NCBI GenBank assembly: GCA_001783695.1
Contig: MFNE01000006.1
Location: 4,113 to 68,112 of the forward strand
Source: Candidatus Lambdaproteobacteria bacterium RIFOXYD2_FULL_50_16
GTDB taxonomy: Bacteria > SAR324 > XYD2-FULL-50-16
Direction of reading: 5' to 3'
DNA length: 64,000 bases
A program made the translations under genes and the position numbers. How positions within the stretch are numbered: position 1 is the stretch's first letter; every line of letters starts with the position of its first letter. The notes below the pieces were generated by a model. The model saw nothing but the letters and a program-made list of their open reading frames with translations. It was not told where the DNA came from and made no database searches. This document shows, in pieces, positions 38,024-46,675 of the stretch.

Positions 38024-38844
38024 ACGGCCTAGTCAAAAAAACCCTAATAGGGCTCTTGTGGTTGTGGCTATTTTGGGCTGCCTTTTGGGTCAGTTTGGAC
38101 GGGGACCGTTTAGCCCGTTTGCTAGAAAATCAGTGGCCTGCAAATTTAGGGGTCTTAAAGATTAGCAGTTTAGAGACTCGTTTATTTGGCCTAACGGCGC
38201 AAAGTCTGGTTTTAAATGGGCCCGGGGAACTTGTAACAGGTCCCGTAGCTATCAGCTTTGCCCCTTGGCATTTGCTGTTGGGCCGGGTGGGTTTTGAGGC
38301 AGAGTTGTATCAGGGCAAGTTAGCCGGAGTGGTTTCGATCTGGGGGCCCGAGTTGATATATGAGGCGCGAGGAATCCTGCCTAATCGCCATGCAGAGCTT
38401 CGTAAAATGAGGTTAATTACTAGTAACCCGGTCCTATCAGCCCAGGGTCGGCACGGACTTTTAAGTGGTGAGGGCCAGAGCGAGATTAGTTTGATTCAGG
38501 TCTCGATTTCGGGCAACCCCTCCCAGACCGGCCTGCCCCTGGAAATGCCGGATACCAGTTTGAGTCGAGTGGTTCTGACCGGTGAATTAAAGGGAAATGA
38601 GCTTAAGTTAAATGTAAATACCCAAGGCGACTTCGGCGGGCAGCTGGACGGCACGATTCAAATCAATCGGCAGACCCCCCAATTAAGCCAACTTAATCTA
38701 AAACTATCGGGTCAATTTGCCCCCGAACTAGAGAGCCGTTTGGGCTTGGTAGCCACTTTGATTCAAGGTTACCGGGACCCTGCGGGCCACATTGGGCTGT
38801 CCATCGAGGGGCCCTTACAGATGCCACAGGTTAGGAAGTTATGA
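38020..38844 (+). CDS. GspN-like membrane-anchored periplasmic protein
   Basis: 274 aa. N-terminal TM 'LIGLLWLWLFWAAFWV' and a beta-rich periplasmic domain ending 'GLSIEGPLQMPQV'. The call rests on position after the L/M-like genes and on topology. Confidence 0.4.
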   Translation: MNGLVKKTLIGLLWLWLFWAAFWVSLDGDRLARLLENQWPANLGVLKISSLETRLFGLTAQSLVLNGPGELVTGPVAISFAPWHLLLGRVGFEAELYQGKLAGVVSIWGPELIYEARGILPNRHAELRKMRLITSNPVLSAQGRHGLLSGEGQSEISLIQVSISGNPSQTGLPLEMPDTSLSRVVLTGELKGNELKLNVNTQGDFGGQLDGTIQINRQTPQLSQLNLKLSGQFAPELESRLGLVATLIQGYRDPAGHIGLSIEGPLQMPQVRKL

Positions 38845-39872
38845 AAAAAATAAAAATCTTTGGGGTGGTTTGTTTGGGGCTCATCTTGGTAGCTGGCGGT
38901 TTTTTAGGGGCCGGATACCTGCAATATCAACGAGATTTCAAGGGATACGCAGGCGAGACACAAGAGTTTGAGATCAAAAAAGGGATGAATCTTACTTCCA
39001 TTACCCGGCTTTTAAAAGAAAAGCGACTTATCTCCTCTAAACCGTTATTTTACTGGGCCGCAAGATTTTCAGGGCAGGCGGCCCATTTTAAAAGGGGGGT
39101 TTATCAGGTCGAGGGGGCCGTCTCCCCGGCTAGGCTGGTGGAGATATTGTCCCAAGGCAAAGAAATGGTGGTCCGGGTGACGATTCCCGAAGGCTACCGA
39201 ATGACTGAGATCTTTGAGGTTTTGCGAAAGTCGGGACTTAAAAATTCGGGCACCTACGAAGCCTTGACCAGGGACCCCCAATTTATTGATGGTCTAGGCC
39301 TGCCAGGGAACCCTAAACTGCTGGAAGGCTTTTTGTTTCCAGAAACCTACCTGTTTAGTGCGGGCGTAAGTGAGAAAGAGGTGTTGACCCGCATGGTCCA
39401 AGCCTTTTTGGCAAAGTTACCACCCAACTATTCGGCCCAAGCGGCCAAGGTTGGGCTTTCTAACTATCAAGCCTTGACCTTGGCCTCAATCATCGAAAAG
39501 GAGACCGGCAAAGCCAGCGAAAGACGGATTATTTCCTCGGTTTTTCATAACCGATTAAAACAGGGGATGAGGCTGCAAACAGACCCCACCGTCATTTATG
39601 GGATCGAGGGATACAAGGGCAATTTGACTAAAAAACACCTGACCGCCCCCACTCCCTACAACACTTATACCATCAAGGGCTTACCCCCAAGCCCAATTGC
39701 TAGCCCTGGAATTGGTGCCATTGAGGCAGCGGTGAACCCTGCACCGACACCCTACCTATATTTTGTGGGCAAGGGTGATGGTTCGCATCAGTTTACTCAG
39801 ACCTATAAAGAACATGAGCAAGCGGTCTCACAATATCAACGTCGTCGTAGGAAGGATTACCGCAGTTACTGA
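38841..39872 (+). CDS. mltG: Endolytic murein transglycosylase MltG (YceG)
   Basis: 343 aa. N-terminal TM, 'TLASIIEKETG' catalytic Glu motif, 'QTDPTVIYG', 'YNTYTIKGLPPSPIASPG'. Confidence 0.9.
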   Translation: MKKIKIFGVVCLGLILVAGGFLGAGYLQYQRDFKGYAGETQEFEIKKGMNLTSITRLLKEKRLISSKPLFYWAARFSGQAAHFKRGVYQVEGAVSPARLVEILSQGKEMVVRVTIPEGYRMTEIFEVLRKSGLKNSGTYEALTRDPQFIDGLGLPGNPKLLEGFLFPETYLFSAGVSEKEVLTRMVQAFLAKLPPNYSAQAAKVGLSNYQALTLASIIEKETGKASERRIISSVFHNRLKQGMRLQTDPTVIYGIEGYKGNLTKKHLTAPTPYNTYTIKGLPPSPIASPGIGAIEAAVNPAPTPYLYFVGKGDGSHQFTQTYKEHEQAVSQYQRRRRKDYRSY

Positions 39873-39898
39873 CCTGCCCTTGACGGGGCGGGCTCTTT
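39873..39898 (+). terminator. GC-rich hairpin after mltG (weak terminator candidate)
   Basis: CCTGCCC/GGGCGGG stem (one G-U pair) with a 6-nt loop, followed by CTCTTTC. Confidence 0.3.
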
Positions 39899-39947
39899 CG
39901 AGCGAGGATAGGGGCTGTTAGCTACTATTAACCTAATAAAGGAACCC

Positions 39948-41099
39948 ATGAGCGACCCTGGAAATCCCTGGGGCAATCGGGGTGGCAAAAAGCCCTCTGA
40001 ATTGGACGATCTGATCGCCAAAAGCTTTAAAAAGTTTTTTGGTCCAAAAAAACCAAGTGGCCCTTCCGGGGCTGGCCCAGACGGCCTTCCGAATAATCCC
40101 AAAGGACTAGGGGCGATTGCTTTTGGCCTTGCGGGGATTATTTTGGTTTGGATGTCGGTTTACCAGATCCAACCGGGTGAGCAAGGGGTGATCCTGCGCT
40201 TTGGACAGTTCCACAATACCAGTCAGCCAGGGCTTAATTTTTTGATCCCCTGGATTGAAAAAGTGATCAAGGTGGATGTCGAGTCGATCCGAAAAGAAGA
40301 ATTTGGCCTAACCCGAGCGACTACAAGCGGGCGGGGTTTGGGTGAATTTGGCGGAAATGCTTCGGACCTATCTTCCTTAATGCTTACCGCCGACCTAAAC
40401 GTGATCCAGGTCAACTGGGTGGTGCAATATAAGATTCGTGACCCTGAGATGTTTCTCTTTAACATCGAAAACCCTCGTGAAGTGGTCCGTGATGTTTCTG
40501 AATCGGTCGTGCGGCGATTGACTGGCAACCGCGACTTTAACTATGTTTTGAACAACCGCGCTGAATTGGCCGATTCGACCAAGGGCGAGATGCAGCAGGT
40601 CTTAGACAAATACAACTCTGGGATTCAATTGGTGGTGGTGCAGTTTTTAGATATCAACCCACCAGACCCTGTTAGGCCCAGCTTTAACGAGGTCAACGAG
40701 GCCGAGCAGGATAAAATCCGTTTAGGTAACGAGGCCCAGCAGGAATTCAACCGAAAAATCCCCAAAGCAACCGGTACGGCCCGCAAGGTGATTGAGGAAG
40801 CTGAAGGTTATGCGATTGAAAAAATTAACAACGCCCAAGGGGAAGTGGCCCGATTTAAATCTATCTTGGCCCAATACCAAAACGCCAAAGAGGTGACCCG
40901 CACTAGGCTTTATTTAGAAGCTTTGCGCGAGGCTCTGCCCCAAGTGGCCGAACTGGTTATTGTCGATCAATCCCAAAAAGGGGTGATGCCACTGCTTAAC
41001 ATTGGGGGTGCGGCAGCGCTACAAAACCGTCCGCGCACCATCGAATCTACCAGCCCGACGACCAATCCGGTCCCCTCTCAACCCACTCCGGCCCCATAG
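39948..41099 (+). CDS. hflK: FtsH modulator HflK (SPFH/band-7)
   Basis: 383 aa. Gly/Pro-rich N-terminus 'NPWGNRGGKKP', a TM, and an SPFH domain 'GEQGVILRFGQF...LTADLNVIQVNWVVQY'. Confidence 0.9.
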   Translation: MSDPGNPWGNRGGKKPSELDDLIAKSFKKFFGPKKPSGPSGAGPDGLPNNPKGLGAIAFGLAGIILVWMSVYQIQPGEQGVILRFGQFHNTSQPGLNFLIPWIEKVIKVDVESIRKEEFGLTRATTSGRGLGEFGGNASDLSSLMLTADLNVIQVNWVVQYKIRDPEMFLFNIENPREVVRDVSESVVRRLTGNRDFNYVLNNRAELADSTKGEMQQVLDKYNSGIQLVVVQFLDINPPDPVRPSFNEVNEAEQDKIRLGNEAQQEFNRKIPKATGTARKVIEEAEGYAIEKINNAQGEVARFKSILAQYQNAKEVTRTRLYLEALREALPQVAELVIVDQSQKGVMPLLNIGGAAALQNRPRTIESTSPTTNPVPSQPTPAP

Positions 41100-41107
41100 G
41101 ATCAGCC

Positions 41108-42043
41108 ATGAACAAACCCTTGATGGCCGGACTGACTGGAATGTTGGCCTTGTTTATGTTGGCTAATTCGATTTTTGTGATCAACGAAGGTCAACAAGCG
41201 ATTATTACCCAATTTGGTCAACCCGTGAGAGACCGGTTCGAAGACGCAGGACTTTATTTTAAAATCCCTTTTGTCCAAGTGATTCATTACTATGAAAAAC
41301 GGATTTTAAAGTGGGACGGCGAGCCCAACGAAATTCCGACCAAAGATAAAAAATACATCTGGGTTGACACCACCGCTCGTTGGCGAATTGTGGACCCACT
41401 CTTGTTTTTGCAAAGGGTGGACAACATTGGTCGCGCTAATCTGGCAATGAGTGATTTGATCAACGGCGCGGTGCGCGACTTTGTCACCAAAAACGATTTG
41501 GTTGAGATTGTACGTAGTTCAGATTGGGATCCAGCCTATAATATGTTGACTGATGAAGAAGGCCGCAAGGCTAAGTCGGTCACCGTAGGGCGGGACGGCT
41601 TTAGTCAGCTTGTTTTAAATAATGCCGCGGCCAATTTGCAAGACTATGGGATTGAGGTTTTAGACGTATTGGTTAAACGGGTAAACTATACCGATCAGGT
41701 TCGCGAAAAGGTTTACACCCGGATGATTTCCGAGCGCCAGCGAATCGCCACCGAACGACGCAGTGAGGGCGAGGCCACCAAAGCGCAAATCCAAGGGGAA
41801 ACCGAAAAGAAACTCAAAGAGATTGTTTCGAGTGCCTATAAGACCAGCCAAGAGATTCGGGGGCGAGCCGATGGGCAGGCCACCAAGATCTATGGCGACG
41901 CCTTCAAACAAGACCCCGAATTTTACCGCTTCTGGGCTACTTTAGAGGCCTACCGAAGTACTTTGGGCAGTAACACTAGGTTAGTTATTGATGCGGACTC
42001 CCCGCTTTATCAGTACCTGACCACTTCTCAGGCTAAGCGTTAA
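41108..42043 (+). CDS. hflC: FtsH modulator HflC (SPFH/band-7)
   Basis: 311 aa. A TM followed by 'EGQQAIITQFGQP'. Paired with hflK. Confidence 0.9.
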   Translation: MNKPLMAGLTGMLALFMLANSIFVINEGQQAIITQFGQPVRDRFEDAGLYFKIPFVQVIHYYEKRILKWDGEPNEIPTKDKKYIWVDTTARWRIVDPLLFLQRVDNIGRANLAMSDLINGAVRDFVTKNDLVEIVRSSDWDPAYNMLTDEEGRKAKSVTVGRDGFSQLVLNNAAANLQDYGIEVLDVLVKRVNYTDQVREKVYTRMISERQRIATERRSEGEATKAQIQGETEKKLKEIVSSAYKTSQEIRGRADGQATKIYGDAFKQDPEFYRFWATLEAYRSTLGSNTRLVIDADSPLYQYLTTSQAKR

Positions 42044-42048
42044 CCCTC

Positions 42049-42070
42049 ATCCCCCCTTGATTGGGGGGAT
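42049..42070 (+). terminator. Strong hairpin after hflC (terminator candidate, weak U-tract)
   Basis: 8-bp stem ATCCCCCC/GGGGGGAT with a 6-nt loop. It covers the TTG at 42061 that the ORF track used as a start. Confidence 0.4.
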
Positions 42071-42123
42071 TGAGTTCTTCAAAGGCTTCTACCGGTACAA
42101 CCCCAAAACCCCCCAAATTAGCG

Positions 42124-43044
42124 ATGATCAAAGTCGAAGGGCTGTCTAAACGATTCGGACCGTTAGTGGCGGTCGATCAAATTTCATTTAACTTGGAAAA
42201 GGGCGAGGTTTTGGGGTTTTTGGGCCCCAACGGAGCCGGTAAATCGACTAGTATGCGAATGTTGACCGGGTTTTTAAAACCCGATGAAGGTCAGGTTTGG
42301 ATTGGGGGGATTAATCTGGGCGAAGAGCCTAAGCGGGCTAAGGCCCAAATCGGTTATTTGCCCGAATCTGCCGCCGCTTACCGGGCGATGACGGTGGTTG
42401 AATTTCTCAAGTTTATCGCTGCGCTGAGGGGGGTGCCTAATCCCCAACGGGCGGTGGATGAGGTGATTGAAAAAACCCAACTTGGGGGGGTCGAGCGGCA
42501 AACAATTGGTCACCTCTCTAAAGGTTATCGCCAAAGGGTGGGTTTTGCTCAAGCCTTGGTCCATGATCCTCCTGTGCTAATCTTAGACGAGCCCACTGAT
42601 GGACTTGACCCCAACCAAAAAGCCGAAGTACGAAAGTTGATTAAAAGTATGGCTCAACACAAGGCCATTCTACTTTCAACCCATATTTTAGAGGAGATGG
42701 AGGCGGTTTGCAGTCGGGTGCTTTTAATCGCCAAGGGCAAATTGGTCGCCAATGGCACCCCAGCCGAACTCTTGAGCCGCTCTGAATATCACGGGGCTAT
42801 TGCCTTTAACTTAGAAACCGCTTTGACCGCTGCCCAAGAGGCCCAAATTGCGGCTATTGCAGGCGTAAAAGCCTTAGAGGGCGAAGGGACTAACTACCGG
42901 CTGTTTGCTGAATCAGGGGCAAGCCTCTTGGGGCCCTTGCATAAAAAATTACTTGAAATAGGGATGGAGCCGGTTGAGTTACAGCAGCTTAAGGGGAAAA
43001 TGGACGAGGTCTTTAGAAATTTGACCTTAGGGGAGGAAGCATGA
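42124..43044 (+). CDS. ABC transporter ATPase, GldA-like
   Basis: ATG 42124 (MIKVEGLSKRFG). Walker A 'GPNGAGKST', signature 'LSKGYRQRV', Walker B 'LILDEPTDGLD'. Confidence 0.85.
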   Translation: MIKVEGLSKRFGPLVAVDQISFNLEKGEVLGFLGPNGAGKSTSMRMLTGFLKPDEGQVWIGGINLGEEPKRAKAQIGYLPESAAAYRAMTVVEFLKFIAALRGVPNPQRAVDEVIEKTQLGGVERQTIGHLSKGYRQRVGFAQALVHDPPVLILDEPTDGLDPNQKAEVRKLIKSMAQHKAILLSTHILEEMEAVCSRVLLIAKGKLVANGTPAELLSRSEYHGAIAFNLETALTAAQEAQIAAIAGVKALEGEGTNYRLFAESGASLLGPLHKKLLEIGMEPVELQQLKGKMDEVFRNLTLGEEA

Positions 43045-43778
43045 GAGAGCTTAAAGAACTCTTTAAAAAGGAATGGCTCGGGTATTTTTATTCCCCTGTT
43101 GCCTATGTTTTTATTGTGATTTTCCTCTTTTCAACCGTAGGTACTACCTTCTTTTTGGGCCATTTTTTCGCGTCCAACCAAGCAAGCTTGGAACTCTTTT
43201 TTATGTTCCACCCCTGGCTTTACCTCTTCTTGATCCCCGCCTTGGGTATGGGTCTGTGGGCAGAAGAACGGGCTCAAGGTTCGATCGAACTCTTGCTGAC
43301 GCTACCTATCAGCCTCGCTGAAGCGGTTTTGGCTAAGTTTCTGGCTGCCTGGGCCTTTGTGGGGTTGGCCTTGTTTCTAACCTTCCCCATGGTTTTTACG
43401 GTGCTTTACCTAGGCCAACCAGACAAAGGGGTGATGCTCACTGGGTATTTAGGCAGTTTTCTGATGGGTGGGGCCTATCTGGCGATTGCCAGCTTCACTT
43501 CGGCCTTGACCCGCAATCAAGTGATCAGTTTTATTGTGACCGTCATGGTTTGTTTTACGCTGGTGCTTTCAGGTTGGGGGGTCTTTGTTGAACTTCTATC
43601 CGCTTGGTTGCCCACGGTTATGGTCGAATTGATTTCCAACTTCAGCTTTACGACCCATTTTATGAATCTAGGCAAGGGGATCGTCGATCTGCGTGATCTA
43701 ATCTTTTTCTTTTCGGTTATGGTTGCCGGGCTTTTATTGACCGCTTTGGTATTAGAAAAGAAACGGGGGAACGAATGA
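43041..43778 (+). CDS. ABC-2 type permease, GldF-like
   Basis: 245 aa with about 6 TM helices. 'EWLGYFYSPVAYVFIVIF' N-terminus is typical of GldF/ABC-2. 4-nt overlap with the ATPase gene. Confidence 0.75.
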   Translation: MRELKELFKKEWLGYFYSPVAYVFIVIFLFSTVGTTFFLGHFFASNQASLELFFMFHPWLYLFLIPALGMGLWAEERAQGSIELLLTLPISLAEAVLAKFLAAWAFVGLALFLTFPMVFTVLYLGQPDKGVMLTGYLGSFLMGGAYLAIASFTSALTRNQVISFIVTVMVCFTLVLSGWGVFVELLSAWLPTVMVELISNFSFTTHFMNLGKGIVDLRDLIFFFSVMVAGLLLTALVLEKKRGNE

Positions 43779-45643
43779 TCGAACGGATTACCAAAAATCT
43801 ATGGGTGGCTTTTTTCGCGGTCTTGGTCGCGGTGGTGGCGGTCAATCTTTTGTCACCGGCCTTGGCGCTGCGTTTTGACGCTACCGAAGAGGGGCTTTAC
43901 ACCTTGTCCAAAGGAAGTAAACAGATTGCCCAAAAGCTAGAAAACCCGGTTACTTTGAAGCTATATTTCTCCAAATCCCTGTCCGGCGTGCCTTTGCAAG
44001 TTAAACATTATGGGCAGGCGGTAGAGGAACTTTTAAAGGAATTTGTCAGGCTTAACCCCAGCCAAATCAGCTTAGAGATTTATGACCCAAAGCCGGATAC
44101 AGATGAAGAGGAATGGGCCGATAAGTTTGGTTTGTCCGGGGCCGACTTGCCCAGTGGAGGTCGTTTTTTTATGGGGCTCGCAGCCTTAAGTGAGGGTCAG
44201 GAAAAGGTGATTCCCTTTTTTGATCCTCGGCGGGAGGAGTTTTTAGAATACGACCTGTCTGAATTACTTTTGGGATTTACTAAACCTAAGCGGGTTAAGG
44301 TGGGAATTATCAGCTCCTTGCCTATTATGGGGATTAATCCTGGTCCGCTGCAACAAATGCAGGGCGCTCAACCGCAGCCCGCTTGGGCTTTTGTTGAAGA
44401 GCTCAAAAAAACCAGTGAACTGGTTGAACTACATCCAGAGGAACCGGTCCCCGCAGATGTGACCCGGTTGATTGTGATGCACCCCAAACACTTGAGCCCC
44501 CGGGCCGAATATGAAATCGACCAGTTTGTGCTGGGTGGAGGGGAATTGGTTTTACTGGTGGACCCCTATGCCCGCATGGATGAGCAGGCTCGCGCGATGG
44601 CCCAGTTTAATCGCGGTGGACCGCAAGCAGGCAGCGACCTGCCCCGGCTTCTACAGCATTGGGGGATCGAGTATTCGGCCAATCAAATCTTGGGCGACTT
44701 AGAACACCCCTCCCAGGTTAATGCTGGCGGCGGGATGGCCATACCCTTTGCCCTTTGGCACAGTCTTGATCCCGGTAGTTTTACTAAAGAATTGGCGGCC
44801 ACCAAGGGTTTGGAGCAGATGTTATTGGTTGAACCGGGCGGGTTTAAGGTAAAAAAGGACAGCCCTCTTAAATATGTTACCTTGATCCAGAGTAGCCAAA
44901 AAGGGGGAATGGTGGACACCATGGCTCTGCAATTTACCCCTCCGACCCAATTAAACCAACAGGTTGCTGATAATCCGGGCCAGTGGCAAATGGCCGGGAT
45001 ATTTACAGGAGAAGTCACCAGCGCCTTCTTGCAGATTCCAGAAGCCCCCAAACCCAAAGAAGGGGAGCCTGCTCCCGCTCCTAGGCCTCATTTGGAAAAA
45101 AGCCAGAAGCCAACCCGCATCTTGTTAATCACAGACGTGGATTTTCTCCATGACAATTATTCGGTGCAGGTGATCGATTTTTTAGGCCAACGGATTGTGC
45201 GTCCTCTAAACGACAACCTAGTCTTTTTTGTGAACATGATGGACTTCTTGAGTGGGTCCGAAGAGTTGATGTCTATTCGCAGCCGGGGCCGGTTTTCCAG
45301 GCCTTTTACCAAGTTTGAGGAACTGGCCGCTCAAGCCTCTGGCGAATACCGGCGGGCTGAGCAGGAGCTAAACCAAAAATTGCGGCAGGTGCAGCAACAT
45401 CTAACTGAGTTGGACCACCAAAAACAGGGAGGGCAAGCAGGTTTGAGCCCTGAACAACTTGAAAAAATCAAAGAGTTCCGGGCAGAAGAGAAAAAAACCA
45501 AGGCTAGTTTGCGAAAAATCCGCCAATTGTTGCGCCAAGACATTGAAAATTTGCAGCAAACCTTGACCTTAGCCAATCTCTTAGTGGTCCCTTTGCTGTT
45601 GGTATTTGCAGGCGGGCTGATCTATCGCCGTAGGTTCAGCTAA
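43775..45643 (+). CDS. GldG-like ABC-transport auxiliary protein
   Basis: 622 aa. N- and C-terminal TM anchors, a large periplasmic domain and a coiled-coil near the C-terminus. Canonical position after the GldA/GldF-like genes. Confidence 0.7.
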   Translation: MIERITKNLWVAFFAVLVAVVAVNLLSPALALRFDATEEGLYTLSKGSKQIAQKLENPVTLKLYFSKSLSGVPLQVKHYGQAVEELLKEFVRLNPSQISLEIYDPKPDTDEEEWADKFGLSGADLPSGGRFFMGLAALSEGQEKVIPFFDPRREEFLEYDLSELLLGFTKPKRVKVGIISSLPIMGINPGPLQQMQGAQPQPAWAFVEELKKTSELVELHPEEPVPADVTRLIVMHPKHLSPRAEYEIDQFVLGGGELVLLVDPYARMDEQARAMAQFNRGGPQAGSDLPRLLQHWGIEYSANQILGDLEHPSQVNAGGGMAIPFALWHSLDPGSFTKELAATKGLEQMLLVEPGGFKVKKDSPLKYVTLIQSSQKGGMVDTMALQFTPPTQLNQQVADNPGQWQMAGIFTGEVTSAFLQIPEAPKPKEGEPAPAPRPHLEKSQKPTRILLITDVDFLHDNYSVQVIDFLGQRIVRPLNDNLVFFVNMMDFLSGSEELMSIRSRGRFSRPFTKFEELAAQASGEYRRAEQELNQKLRQVQQHLTELDHQKQGGQAGLSPEQLEKIKEFRAEEKKTKASLRKIRQLLRQDIENLQQTLTLANLLVVPLLLVFAGGLIYRRRFS

Positions 45644-46632
45644 TGAACCGTAAATCCTTAATTATATCAGCCTTGTTGTTGGGATTGGCGGCTTTGCTTT
45701 TACAGGTCGTTGATCTTAGCCCTGATAAAAACGGGCACCCGCAAGTGGGACGCCCGCTTTTACCTGCACCACTAGCTGGCCAGATGGACCAATTGGTTTT
45801 GAGCCAGGGCGGTAAACACACTAGGTTATATAAAGATAAGGGCCAGTGGTTAGTGGATGAACTGCAAGGCTTTCCGGTCAATCTCTCCAAGTTGACCCAG
45901 CTGATCTCCCAACTCGAAACCTCTAAGGTGGGCTTTTTGGTTACCGATCGCCCAGAGCGGCTGTCTGAGTTACAGATGGGCCTAGAAGGGGAGATTGGCG
46001 AGGGAGTGAAGTTAGCCTTTTTTAGGGAAAAACAACCCTTGCAAACCTTGATCTTTGGCCAGAGTCGGCAAGCGGCGAACCCTGATCAAAAAGGGGCTGA
46101 GGGGGGATACGTCCGGTTGGGGGTTGAACCTCAAGGTTTCCTAATAAAGGAAGATCTGGAGCTAGACCTAGACCCAAGGGATTGGCGCTTAGAACGAGTC
46201 TTGGCCTTAAACGCGGATCAAATAAAATCAATCAGGGGTCTAGATTGGAAACTAGAGCGGGCTCAATCAAAAGATCCTTTTGGCCCCCAAACCCCTGAAA
46301 AAAATGCTTTAAACGGTCTGCTTAGGGTCTTGGGTGACTTAAGTACTGGCGACCAACTCACCCTAGACCAGCGGCCGAACCAAGCGCCAAAGTTTTTGGC
46401 TAAGGTCGAGGTGGAGACCTTTAATCAAGAGGTTTTGACCCTTTCCTTTTTCGAGCAGCCCAAGCAAGGGGAGACGCTGGAGAAGTACTGGCTAACGCTG
46501 GAGCTAAATCCCAAAGCCCAGGTGGCCTTTCCTTTGTTAGCCATTGTGGCCAGGGGCTGGGCTCTTGAACTGAACGACTGGCAAGCCAATCGCTGGGTTA
46601 ATGCGCGAGAACAACTCTTTGGAATCAAATGA
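45643..46632 (+). CDS. Membrane-anchored periplasmic protein, DUF4340-like
   Basis: 329 aa. N-terminal TM 'LIISALLLGLAALLL'. 1-nt overlap with the GldG-like gene. The family call rests mainly on the conserved GldG-DUF4340 synteny known elsewhere. Confidence 0.45.
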   Translation: MNRKSLIISALLLGLAALLLQVVDLSPDKNGHPQVGRPLLPAPLAGQMDQLVLSQGGKHTRLYKDKGQWLVDELQGFPVNLSKLTQLISQLETSKVGFLVTDRPERLSELQMGLEGEIGEGVKLAFFREKQPLQTLIFGQSRQAANPDQKGAEGGYVRLGVEPQGFLIKEDLELDLDPRDWRLERVLALNADQIKSIRGLDWKLERAQSKDPFGPQTPEKNALNGLLRVLGDLSTGDQLTLDQRPNQAPKFLAKVEVETFNQEVLTLSFFEQPKQGETLEKYWLTLELNPKAQVAFPLLAIVARGWALELNDWQANRWVNAREQLFGIK

Positions 46633-46675
46633 CCCTCGTGCCCTGCAATCCTAGTTGTACTCCCGCCCTCCTCCC

